58,000 nt of DNA from Eledone cirrhosa (lineage: Eukaryota), in NCBI GenBank assembly GCA_964016885.1, contig CAXHJY010001536.1, forward strand, positions 1 through 58,000, given 5' to 3'. A program made the position numbers and the translations under genes. Numbering within the stretch: the first letter of the stretch is position 1; every line of letters starts with the position of its first letter. Below the pieces are notes generated by a model, which saw only the letters and a list, made by a program, of their open reading frames with translations, did no database searches and had not been told where the DNA came from. This document shows positions 24,401 to 37,900 of the stretch, one piece after another.

Positions 24401-27400
24401 TTAACACGGTTTGGTTCCACAGCCACAACTATTGATTTTACGGAGATATCTTGCTGAAATTCACGCCACACATAGCCAATGAGTGTCTGCACATGTACCA
24501 GTAATTACAGAACGATCCGACCACGGGCGGCCGGCCCGCGATTGAAAAGGTAACTCCGCCGGCAAATCGTCATTTTTGGATTCGTTTTCTTCGAAGCACA
24601 CCATTCGCCGGCGGACTTTGTTGACGTTTAACACGGTTTGGTTCCACAGCCACAACTATTGATTTTACGGAGATATCTTGCTGAAATTCACGCCGCACAT
24701 AGCCAATGAGTGTCTGCACATGTACCAGTAATTACAGATCGATCCGACCACGGGCGGCCGGCCCGCGATTGAAAAGGTAACTCCGCCGGCAAATCGTCAT
24801 TTTTGGATTCGTTTTCTTCGAAGCACACCATTCGCCGGCGGACTTTGTTGACGTTTAACACGGTTTGGTTCCACAGCCACAACTATTGAATTTACGGAGA
24901 TATCTTGCTGAAATTCACGCCACACATAGCCAATGAGTGTCTGCACATGTACCAGTAATTACAGATCGATCCGACCACGGGCGGCCGGCCCGCGATTGAA
25001 AAGGTAACTCCGCCGGCAAATCGTCATTTTTGGATTCGTTTTCTTCGAAACACACCATTCGCCGGCGGACTTTGTTGACGTTTAACACGGTTTGGTTCCA
25101 CAGCCACAACTATTGATGTTACGGAGATATCTTGCTGGAATTCACGCCGCACATAGCCAATGAGTGTCTACACATGTACCAGTAATTACAGATCGATCCG
25201 ACCACGGGCGGCCGGCCCGCGATTTTAAAGGTAACTCCGCCGGCAAATCGTCATTTTTGGATTCGTTTTCTTCGAAGCACACCATTCGCCGGCGGACTTT
25301 GTTGACGTTTAACACGGTTTGGTTCCACAGCCACAACTATTGATTTTACGGAGATATCTTGCTGAAATTCACGCCGCACATAGCCAATGAGTGTCTGCAC
25401 ATGTACCAGTAATTACAGATCGATCCGACCACGGGCGGCCGGCCCGCGATTGAAAAGGTAACTCCGCCGGCAAATCGTCATTTTTGGATTCGTTTTCTTC
25501 GAAGCACACCATTCGCCGGCGGACTTTGTTGACGTTTAACACGGTTTGGTTCCACAGCCACAACTATTGATTTTACGGAGATATCTTGCTGAAATTCACG
25601 CCACACATAGCCAATGAGTGTCTGCACATGTACCAGTAATTACAGAACGATCCGACCACGGGCGGCCGGCCCGCGATTGAAAAGGTAACTCCGCCGGCAA
25701 ATCGTCATTTTTGGATTCGTTTTCTTCGAAGCACACCATTCGCCGGCGGACTTTGTTGACGTTTAACACGGTTTGGTTCCACAGCCACAACTATTGATTT
25801 TACGGAGATATCTTGCTGAAATTCACGCCGCACATAGCCAATGAGTGTCTGCACATGTACCAGTAATTACAGATCGATCCGACCACGGGCGGCCGGCCCG
25901 CGATTGAAAAGGTAACTCCGCCGGCAAATCGTCATTTTTGGATTCGTTTTCTTCGAAGCACACCATTCGCCGGCGGACTTTGTTGACGTTTAACACGGTT
26001 TGGTTCCACAGCCACAACTATTGAATTTACGGAGATATCTTGCTGAAATTCACGCCACACATAGCCAATGAGTGTCTGCACATGTACCAGTAATTACAGA
26101 TCGATCCGACCACGGGCGGCCGGCCCGCGATTGAAAAGGTAACTCCGCCGGCAAATCGTCATTTTTGGATTCGTTTTCTTCGAAACACACCATTCGCCGG
26201 CGGACTTTGTTGACGTTTAACACGGTTTGGTTCCACAGCCACAACTATTGATGTTACGGAGATATCTTGCTGGAATTCACGCCGCACATAGCCAATGAGT
26301 GTCTACACATGTACCAGTAATTACAGATCGATCCGACCACGGGCGGCCGGCCCGCGATTTTAAAGGTAACTCCGCCGGCAAATCGTCATTTTTGGATTCG
26401 TTTTCTTCGAAGCACACCATTCGCCGGCGGACTTTGTTGACGTTTAACACGGTTTGGTTCCACAGCCACAACTATTGATTTTACGGAGATATCTTGCTGA
26501 AATTCACGCCGCACATAGCCAATGAGTGTCTGCACATGTACCAGTAATTACAGATCGATCCGACCACGGGCGGCCGGCCCGCGATTGAAAAGGTAACTCC
26601 GCCGGCAAATCGTCATTTTTGGATTCGTTTTCTTCGAAGCACACCATTCGCCGGCGGACTTTGTTGACGTTTAACACGGTTTGGTTCCACAGCCACAACT
26701 ATTGAATTTACGGAGATATCTTGCTGAAATTCACGCCACACATAGCCAATGAGTGTCTGCACATTTACCAGTAATTACAGATCGATCCGACCACGGGCGG
26801 CCGGCCCGCGATTGAAAAGGTAACTCCGCCGGCAAATCGTCATTTTTGGATTCGTTTTCTTCGAAGCACACCATTCGCCGGCGGACTTTGTTGACGTTTA
26901 ACACGGTTTGGTTCCACAGCCACAACTATTGATTTTACGGAGATATCTTGCTGAAATTCACGCCACACATAGCCAATGAGTGTCTGCACATGTACCAGTA
27001 ATTACAGATCGATCCGACCACGGGCGGCCGGCCCGCGATTGAAAAGGTAACTCCGCCGGCAAATCGTCATTTTTGGATTCGTTTTCTTCGAAGCACACCA
27101 TTCGCCGGCGGACTTTGTTGACGTTTAACACGGTTTGGTTCCACAGCCACAACTATTGATTTTACGGAGATATCTTGCTGAAATTCACGCCGCACATAGC
27201 CAATGAGTGTCTGCACATGTACCAGTAATTACAGATCGATCCGACTACGGGCGGCCGGCCCGCGATTGAAAAGGTAACTCCGCCGGCAAATCGTCATTTT
27301 TGGATTCGTTTTCTTCGAAACACACCATTCGCCGGCGGACTTTGTTGACGTTTAACACGGTTTGGTTCCACAGCCACAACTATTGATGTTACGGAGATAT

Positions 27401-29688
27401 CTTGCTGGAATTCACGCCGCACATAGCCAATGAGTGTCTACACATGTACCAGTAATTACAGATCGATCCGACCACGGGCGGCCGGCCCGCGATTTTAAAG
27501 GTAACTCCACCGGCAAATCGTCATTTTTGGATTCGTTTTCTTCGAAGCACACCATTCGCCGGCGGACTTTGTTGACGTTTAACACGGTTTGGTTCCACAG
27601 CCACAACTATTGATTTTACGGAGATATCTTGCTGAAATTCACGCCGCACATAGCCAATGAGTGTCTGCACATGTACCAGTAATTACAGATCGATCCGACC
27701 ACGGGCGGCCGGCCCGCGATTGAAAAGGTAACTCCGCCGGCAAATCGTCATTTTTGGATTCGTTTTCTTCGAAGCACACCATTCGCCGGCGGACTTTGTT
27801 GACGTTTAACACGGTTTGGTTCCACAGCCACAACTATTGATTTTACGGAGATATCTTGCTGAAATTCACGCCACACATAGCCAATGAGTGTCTGCACATG
27901 TACCAGTAATTACAGATCGATCCGACCACGGGCGGCCGGCCCGCGATTGAAAAGGTAACTCCGCCGGCAAATCGTCATTTTTGGATTCGTTTTCTTCGAA
28001 GCACACCATTCGCCGGCGGACTTTGTTGACGTTTAACACGGTTTGGTTCCACAGCCACAACTATTGAATTTACGGAGATATCTTGCTGAAATTCACGCCA
28101 CACATAGCCAATGAGTGTCTGCACATGTACCAGTAATTACAGATCGATCCGACCACGGGCGGCCGGCCCGCGATTGAAAAGGTAACTCCGCCAGCAAATC
28201 GTCATTTTTGGATTCGTTTTCTTCGAAACACACCATTCGCCGGCGGACTTTGTTGACGTTTAACACGGTTTGGTTCCACAGCCACAACTATTGATGTTAC
28301 GGAGATATCTTGCTGGAATTCACGCCGCACATAGCCAATGAGTGTCTACACATGTACCAGTAATTACAGATCGATCCGACCACGGGCGGCCGGCCCGCGA
28401 TTTTAAAGGTAACTCCGCCGGCAAATCGTCATTTTTGGATTCGTTTTCTTCGAAGCACACCATTCGCCGGCGGACTTTGTTGACGTTTAACACGGTTTGG
28501 TTCCACAGCCACAACTATTGATTTTACGGAGATATCTTGCTGAAATTCACGCCGCACATAGCCAATGAGTGTCTGCACATGTACCAGTAATTACAGATCG
28601 ATCCGACCACGGGCGGCCGGCCCGCGATTGAAAAGGTAACTCCGCCGGCAAATCGTCATTTTTGGATTCGTTTTCTTCGAAGCACACCATTCGCCGGCGG
28701 ACTTTGTTGACGTTTAACACGGTTTGGTTCCACAGCCACAACTATTGAATTTACGGAGATATCTTGCTGAAATTCACGCCACACATAGCCAATGAGTGTC
28801 TGCACATGTACCAGTAATTACAGATCGATCCGACCACGGGCGGCCGGCCCGCGATTGAAAAGGTAACTCCGCCGGCAAATCGTCATTTTTGGATTCGTTT
28901 TCTTCGAAGCACACCATTCGCCGGCGGACTTTGTTGACGTTTAACACGGTTTGGTTCCACAGCCACAACTATTGATTTTACGGAGATATCTTGCTGAAAT
29001 TCACGCCACACATAGCCAATGAGTGTCTGCACATGTACCAGTAATTACAGATCGATCCGACCACGGGCGGCCGGCCCGCGATTGAAAAGGTAACTCCGCC
29101 GGCAAATCGTCATTTTTGGATTCGTTTTCTTCGAAGCACACCATTCGCCGGCGGACTTTGTTGACGTTTAACACGGTTTGGTTCCACAGCCACAACTATT
29201 GATTTTACGGAGATATCTTGCTGAAATTCACGCCGCACATAGCCAATGAGTGTCTGCACATGTACCAGTAATTACAGATCGATCCGACCACGGGCGGCCG
29301 GCCCGCGATTGAAAAGGTAACTCCGCCGGCAAATCGTCATTTTTGGATTCGTTTTCTTCGAAGCACACCATTCGCCGGCGGACTTTGTTGACGTTTAACA
29401 CGGTTTGGTTCCACAGCCACAACTATTGAATTTACGGAGATATCTTGCTGAAATTCACGCCACACATAGCCAATGAGTGTCTGCACATGTACCAGTAATT
29501 ACAGATCGATCCGACCACGGGCGGCCGGCCCGCGATTGAAAAGGTAACTCCGCCGGCAAATCGTCATTTTTGGATTCGTTTTCTTCGAAGCACACCATTC
29601 GCCGGCGGACTTTGTTGACGTTTAACACGGTTTGGTTCCACAGCCACAACTATTGATTTTACGGAGATATCTTGCTGAAATTCACGCC
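17627..29688. repeat. Higher-order tandem duplication of 26 monomers (period 5,902 bp)
   Basis: Rare variants pair at +5,902: 18610/24512, 19745/25647, 20863/26765, 21344/27246, 21607/27509, 22291/28193. The monomer-type order is the same in both copies. Confidence 0.93.
18105..20374. repeat. Two tandem copies of a 5-monomer module (period 1,135 bp), nested in the 26-mer and repeated at about 24007-26276
   Basis: The cagaAcg variant lies at 18610 and 19745 (+1,135) and again at 24512 and 25647, with the same five-monomer type order. Confidence 0.85.
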
Positions 29689-32600
29689 ACACATAGCCAA
29701 TGAGTGTCTGCACATGTACCAGTAATTACAGATCGATCCGACCACGGGCGGCCGGCCCGCGATTGAAAAGGTAACTCCGCCGGCAAATCGTCATTTTTGG
29801 ATTCGTTTTCTTCGAAGCACACCATTCGCCGGCGGACTTTGTTGACGTTTAACACGGTTTGGTTCCACAGCCACAACTATTGATTTTACGGAGATATCTT
29901 GCTGAAATTCACGCCGCACATAGCCAATGAGTGTCTGCACATGTACCAGTAATTACAGATCGATCCGACCACGGGCGGCCGGCCCGCGATTGAAAAGGTA
30001 ACTCCGCCGGCAAATCGTCATTTTTGGATTCGTTTTCTTCGAAGCACACCATTCGCCGGCGGACTTTGTTGACGTTTAACACGGTTTGGTTCCACAGCCA
30101 CAACTATTGAATTTACGGAGATATCTTGCTGAAATTCACGCCACACATAGCCAATGAGTGTCTGCACATGTACCAGTAATTACAGATCGATCCGACCACG
30201 GGCGGCCGGCCCGCGATTGAAAAGGTAACTCCGCCGGCAAATCGTCATTTTTGGATTCGTTTTCTTCGAAGCACACCATTCGCCGGCGGACTTTGTTGAC
30301 GTTTAACACGGTTTGGTTCCACAGCCACAACTATTGATGTTACGGAGATATCTTGCTGGAATTCACGCCGCACATAGCCAATGAGTGTCTACACATGTAC
30401 CAGTAATTACAGATCGATCCGACCACGGGCGGCCGGCCCGCGATTTTAAAGGTAACTCCGCCGGCAAATCGTCATTTTTGGATTCGTTTTCTTCGAAGCA
30501 CACCATTCGCCGGCGGACTTTGTTGACGTTTAACACGGTTTGGTTCCACAGCCACAACTATTGATTTTACGGAGATATCTTGCTGAAATTCACGCCGCAC
30601 ATAGCCAATGAGTGTCTGCACATGTACCAGTAATTACAGATCGATCCGACCACGGGCGGCCGGCCCGCGATTGAAAAGGTAACTCCGCCGGCAAATCGTC
30701 ATTTTTGGATTCGTTTTCTTCGAAGCACACCATTCGCCGGCGGACTTTGTTGACGTTTAACACGGTTTGGTTCCACAGCCACAACTATTGATTTTACGGA
30801 GATATCTTGCTGAAATTCACGCCACACATAGCCAATGAGTGTCTGCACATGTACCAGTAATTACAGAACGATCCGACCACGGGCGGCCGGCCCGCGATTG
30901 AAAAGGTAACTCCGCCGGCAAATCGTCATTTTTGGATTCGTTTTCTTCGAAGCACACCATTCGCCGGCGGACTTTGTTGACGTTTAACACGGTTTGGTTC
31001 CACAGCCACAACTATTGATTTTACGGAGATATCTTGCTGAAATTCACGCCGCACATAGCCAATGAGTGTCTGCACATGTACCAGTAATTACAGATCGATC
31101 CGACTACGGGCGGCCGGCCCGCGATTGAAAAGGTAACTCCGCCGGCAAATCGTCATTTTTGGATTCGTTTTCTTCGAAACACACCATTCGCCGGCGGACT
31201 TTGTTGACGTTTAACACGGTTTGGTTCCACAGCCACAACTATTGATGTTACGGAGATATCTTGCTGGAATTCACGCCGCACATAGCCAATGAGTGTCTAC
31301 ACATGTACCAGTAATTACAGATCGATCCGACCACGGGCGGCCGGCCCGCGATTTTAAAGGTAACTCCGCCGGCAAATCGTCATTTTTGGATTCGTTTTCT
31401 TCGAAGCACACCATTCGCCGGCGGACTTTGTTGACGTTTAACACGGTTTGGTTCCACAGCCACAACTATTGATTTTACGGAGATATCTTGCTGAAATTCA
31501 CGCCGCACATAGCCAATGAGTGTCTGCACATGTACCAGTAATTACAGATCGATCCGACCACGGGCGGCCGGCCCGCGATTGAAAAGGTAACTCCGCCGGC
31601 AAATCGTCATTTTTGGATTCGTTTTCTTCGAAGCACACCATTCGCCGGCGGACTTTGTTGACGTTTAACACGGTTTGGTTCCACAGCCACAACTATTGAT
31701 TTTACGGAGATATCTTGCTGAAATTCACGCCACACATAGCCAATGAGTGTCTGCACATGTACCAGTAATTACAGATCGATCCGACCACGGGCGGCCGGCC
31801 CGCGATTGAAAAGGTAACTCCGCCGGCAAATCGTCATTTTTGGATTCGTTTTCTTCGAAGCACACCATTCGCCGGCGGACTTTGTTGACGTTTAACACGG
31901 TTTGGTTCCACAGCCACAACTATTGAATTTACGGAGATATCTTGCTGAAATTCACGCCACACATAGCCAATGAGTGTCTGCACATGTACCAGTAATTACA
32001 GATCGATCCGACCACGGGCGGCCGGCCCGCGATTGAAAAGGTAACTCCGCCAGCAAATCGTCATTTTTGGATTCGTTTTCTTCGAAACACACCATTCGCC
32101 GGCGGACTTTGTTGACGTTTAACACGGTTTGGTTCCACAGCCACAACTATTGATGTTACGGAGATATCTTGCTGGAATTCACGCCGCACATAGCCAATGA
32201 GTGTCTACACATGTACCAGTAATTACAGATCGATCCGACCACGGGCGGCCGGCCCGCGATTTTAAAGGTAACTCCGCCGGCAAATCGTCATTTTTGGATT
32301 CGTTTTCTTCGAAGCACACCATTCGCCGGCGGACTTTGTTGACGTTTAACACGGTTTGGTTCCACAGCCACAACTATTGATTTTACGGAGATATCTTGCT
32401 GAAATTCACGCCGCACATAGCCAATGAGTGTCTGCACATGTACCAGTAATTACAGATCGATCCGACCACGGGCGGCCGGCCCGCGATTGAAAAGGTAACT
32501 CCGCCGGCAAATCGTCATTTTTGGATTCGTTTTCTTCGAAGCACACCATTCGCCGGCGGACTTTGTTGACGTTTAACACGGTTTGGTTCCACAGCCACAA

Positions 32601-34963
32601 CTATTGAATTTACGGAGATATCTTGCTGAAATTCACGCCACACATAGCCAATGAGTGTCTGCACATGTACCAGTAATTACAGATCGATCCGACCACGGGC
32701 GGCCGGCCCGCGATTGAAAAGGTAACTCCGCCGGCAAATCGTCATTTTTGGATTCGTTTTCTTCGAAGCACACCATTCGCCGGCGGACTTTGTTGACGTT
32801 TAACACGGTTTGGTTCCACAGCCACAACTATTGATTTTACGGAGATATCTTGCTGAAATTCACGCCACACATAGCCAATGAGTGTCTGCACATGTACCAG
32901 TAATTACAGATCGATCCGACCACGGGCGGCCGGCCCGCGATTGAAAAGGTAACTCCGCCGGCAAATCGTCATTTTTGGATTCGTTTTCTTCGAAGCACAC
33001 CATTCGCCGGCGGACTTTGTTGACGTTTAACACGGTTTGGTTCCACAGCCACAACTATTGATTTTACGGAGATATCTTGCTGAAATTCACGCCGCACATA
33101 GCCAATGAGTGTCTGCACATGTACCAGTAATTACAGATCGATCCGACCACGGGCGGCCGGCCCGCGATTGAAAAGGTAACTCCGCCGGCAAATCGTCATT
33201 TTTGGATTCGTTTTCTTCGAAGCACACCATTCGCCGGCGGACTTTGTTGACGTTTAACACGGTTTGGTTCCACAGCCACAACTATTGAATTTACGGAGAT
33301 ATCTTGCTGAAATTCACGCCACACATAGCCAATGAGTGTCTGCACATGTACCAGTAATTACAGATCGATCCGACCACGGGCGGCCGGCCCGCGATTGAAA
33401 AGGTAACTCCGCCGGCAAATCGTCATTTTTGGATTCGTTTTCTTCGAAGCACACCATTCGCCGGCGGACTTTGTTGACGTTTAACACGGTTTGGTTCCAC
33501 AGCCACAACTATTGATTTTACGGAGATATCTTGCTGAAATTCACGCCACACATAGCCAATGAGTGTCTGCACATGTACCAGTAATTACAGATCGATCCGA
33601 CCACGGGCGGCCGGCCCGCGATTGAAAAGGTAACTCCGCCGGCAAATCGTCATTTTTGGATTCGTTTTCTTCGAAGCACACCATTCGCCGGCGGACTTTG
33701 TTGACGTTTAACACGGTTTGGTTCCACAGCCACAACTATTGATTTTACGGAGATATCTTGCTGAAATTCACGCCGCACATAGCCAATGAGTGTCTGCACA
33801 TGTACCAGTAATTACAGATCGATCCGACCACGGGCGGCCGGCCCGCGATTGAAAAGGTAACTCCGCCGGCAAATCGTCATTTTTGGATTCGTTTTCTTCG
33901 AAGCACACCATTCGCCGGCGGACTTTGTTGACGTTTAACACGGTTTGGTTCCACAGCCACAACTATTGAATTTACGGAGATATCTTGCTGAAATTCACGC
34001 CACACATAGCCAATGAGTGTCTGCACATGTACCAGTAATTACAGATCGATCCGACCACGGGCGGCCGGCCCGCGATTGAAAAGGTAACTCCGCCGGCAAA
34101 TCGTCATTTTTGGATTCGTTTTCTTCGAAACACACCATTCGCCGGCGGACTTTGTTGACGTTTAACACGGTTTGGTTCCACAGCCACAACTATTGATGTT
34201 ACGGAGATATCTTGCTGGAATTCACGCCGCACATAGCCAATGAGTGTCTACACATGTACCAGTAATTACAGATCGATCCGACCACGGGCGGCCGGCCCGC
34301 GATTTTAAAGGTAACTCCGCCGGCAAATCGTCATTTTTGGATTCGTTTTCTTCGAAGCACACCATTCGCCGGCGGACTTTGTTGACGTTTAACACGGTTT
34401 GGTTCCACAGCCACAACTATTGATTTTACGGAGATATCTTGCTGAAATTCACGCCGCACATAGCCAATGAGTGTCTGCACATGTACCAGTAATTACAGAT
34501 CGATCCGACCACGGGCGGCCGGCCCGCGATTGAAAAGGTAACTCCGCCGGCAAATCGTCATTTTTGGATTCGTTTTCTTCGAAGCACACCATTCGCCGGC
34601 GGACTTTGTTGACGTTTAACACGGTTTGGTTCCACAGCCACAACTATTGATTTTACGGAGATATCTTGCTGAAATTCACGCCACACATAGCCAATGAGTG
34701 TCTGCACATGTACCAGTAATTACAGAACGATCCGACCACGGGCGGCCGGCCCGCGATTGAAAAGGTAACTCCGCCGGCAAATCGTCATTTTTGGATTCGT
34801 TTTCTTCGAAGCACACCATTCGCCGGCGGACTTTGTTGACGTTTAACACGGTTTGGTTCCACAGCCACAACTATTGATTTTACGGAGATATCTTGCTGAA
34901 ATTCACGCCGCACATAGCCAATGAGTGTCTGCACATGTACCAGTAATTACAGATCGATCCGAC
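27010..34963. repeat. Imperfect higher-order tandem duplication of 17 monomers (period 3,859 bp)
   Basis: Variants pair at +3,859: 27246/31105, 28193/32052, 30868/34727. Two discordant sites were seen: A at 27509 is absent in copy 2, and G at 30271 is A in copy 2. Confidence 0.8.
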
Positions 34964-37900
34964 CACGGGCGGCCGGCCCGCGATTGAAAAGGTAACTCCG
35001 CCGGCAAATCGTCATTTTTGGATTCGTTTTCTTCGAAGCACACCATTCGCCGGCGGACTTTGTTGACGTTTAACACGGTTTGGTTCCACAGCCACAACTA
35101 TTGAATTTACGGAGATATCTTGCTGAAATTCACGCCACACATAGCCAATGAGTGTCTGCACATGTACCAGTAATTACAGATCGATCCGACCACGGGCGGC
35201 CGGCCCGCGATTGAAAAGGTAACTCCGCCGGCAAATCGTCATTTTTGGATTCGTTTTCTTCGAAACACACCATTCGCCGGCGGACTTTGTTGACGTTTAA
35301 CACGGTTTGGTTCCACAGCCACAACTATTGATGTTACGGAGATATCTTGCTGGAATTCACGCCGCACATAGCCAATGAGTGTCTACACATGTACCAGTAA
35401 TTACAGATCGATCCGACCACGGGCGGCCGGCCCGCGATTTTAAAGGTAACTCCGCCGGCAAATCGTCATTTTTGGATTCGTTTTCTTCGAAGCACACCAT
35501 TCGCCGGCGGACTTTGTTGACGTTTAACACGGTTTGGTTCCACAGCCACAACTATTGATTTTACGGAGATATCTTGCTGAAATTCACGCCGCACATAGCC
35601 AATGAGTGTCTGCACATGTACCAGTAATTACAGATCGATCCGACCACGGGCGGCCGGCCCGCGATTGAAAAGGTAACTCCGCCGGCAAATCGTCATTTTT
35701 GGATTCGTTTTCTTCGAAGCACACCATTCGCCGGCGGACTTTGTTGACGTTTAACACGGTTTGGTTCCACAGCCACAACTATTGAATTTACGGAGATATC
35801 TTGCTGAAATTCACGCCACACATAGCCAATGAGTGTCTGCACATGTACCAGTAATTACAGATCGATCCGACCACGGGCGGCCGGCCCGCGATTGAAAAGG
35901 TAACTCCGCCGGCAAATCGTCATTTTTGGATTCGTTTTCTTCGAAGCACACCATTCGCCGGCGGACTTTGTTGACGTTTAACACGGTTTGGTTCCACAGC
36001 CACAACTATTGATTTTACGGAGATATCTTGCTGAAATTCACGCCGCACATAGCCAATGAGTGTCTGCACATGTACCAGTAATTACAGATCGATCCGACCA
36101 CGGGCGGCCGGCCCGCGATTGAAAAGGTAACTCCGCCGGCAAATCGTCATTTTTGGATTCGTTTTCTTCGAAACACACCATTCGCCGGCGGACTTTGTTG
36201 ACGTTTAACACGGTTTGGTTCCACAGCCACAACTATTGATGTTACGGAGATATCTTGCTGGAATTCACGCCGCACATAGCCAATGAGTGTCTACACATGT
36301 ACCAGTAATTACAGATCGATCCGACCACGGGCGGCCGGCCCGCGATTTTAAAGGTAACTCCGCCGGCAAATCGTCATTTTTGGATTCGTTTTCTTCGAAG
36401 CACACCATTCGCCGGCGGACTTTGTTGACGTTTAACACGGTTTGGTTCCACAGCCACAACTATTGATTTTACGGAGATATCTTGCTGAAATTCACGCCGC
36501 ACATAGCCAATGAGTGTCTGCACATGTACCAGTAATTACAGATCGATCCGACCACGGGCGGCCGGCCCGCGATTGAAAAGGTAACTCCGCCGGCAAATCG
36601 TCATTTTTGGATTCGTTTTCTTCGAAGCACACCATTCGCCGGCGGACTTTGTTGACGTTTAACACGGTTTGGTTCCACAGCCACAACTATTGATTTTACG
36701 GAGATATCTTGCTGAAATTCACGCCACACATAGCCAATGAGTGTCTGCACATGTACCAGTAATTACAGATCGATCCGACCACGGGCGGCCGGCCCGCGAT
36801 TGAAAAGGTAACTCCGCCGGCAAATCGTCATTTTTGGATTCGTTTTCTTCGAAGCACACCATTCGCCGGCGGACTTTGTTGACGTTTAACACGGTTTGGT
36901 TCCACAGCCACAACTATTGAATTTACGGAGATATCTTGCTGAAATTCACGCCACACATAGCCAATGAGTGTCTGCACATGTACCAGTAATTACAGATCGA
37001 TCCGACCACGGGCGGCCGGCCCGCGATTGAAAAGGTAACTCCGCCAGCAAATCGTCATTTTTGGATTCGTTTTCTTCGAAACACACCATTCGCCGGCGGA
37101 CTTTGTTGACGTTTAACACGGTTTGGTTCCACAGCCACAACTATTGATGTTACGGAGATATCTTGCTGGAATTCACGCCGCACATAGCCAATGAGTGTCT
37201 ACACATGTACCAGTAATTACAGATCGATCCGACCACGGGCGGCCGGCCCGCGATTTTAAAGGTAACTCCGCCGGCAAATCGTCATTTTTGGATTCGTTTT
37301 CTTCGAAGCACACCATTCGCCGGCGGACTTTGTTGACGTTTAACACGGTTTGGTTCCACAGCCACAACTATTGATTTTACGGAGATATCTTGCTGAAATT
37401 CACGCCGCACATAGCCAATGAGTGTCTGCACATGTACCAGTAATTACAGATCGATCCGACCACGGGCGGCCGGCCCGCGATTGAAAAGGTAACTCCGCCG
37501 GCAAATCGTCATTTTTGGATTCGTTTTCTTCGAAGCACACCATTCGCCGGCGGACTTTGTTGACGTTTAACACGGTTTGGTTCCACAGCCACAACTATTG
37601 AATTTACGGAGATATCTTGCTGAAATTCACGCCACACATAGCCAATGAGTGTCTGCACATGTACCAGTAATTACAGATCGATCCGACCACGGGCGGCCGG
37701 CCCGCGATTGAAAAGGTAACTCCGCCGGCAAATCGTCATTTTTGGATTCGTTTTCTTCGAAGCACACCATTCGCCGGCGGACTTTGTTGACGTTTAACAC
37801 GGTTTGGTTCCACAGCCACAACTATTGATTTTACGGAGATATCTTGCTGAAATTCACGCCGCACATAGCCAATGAGTGTCTGCACATGTACCAGTAATTA

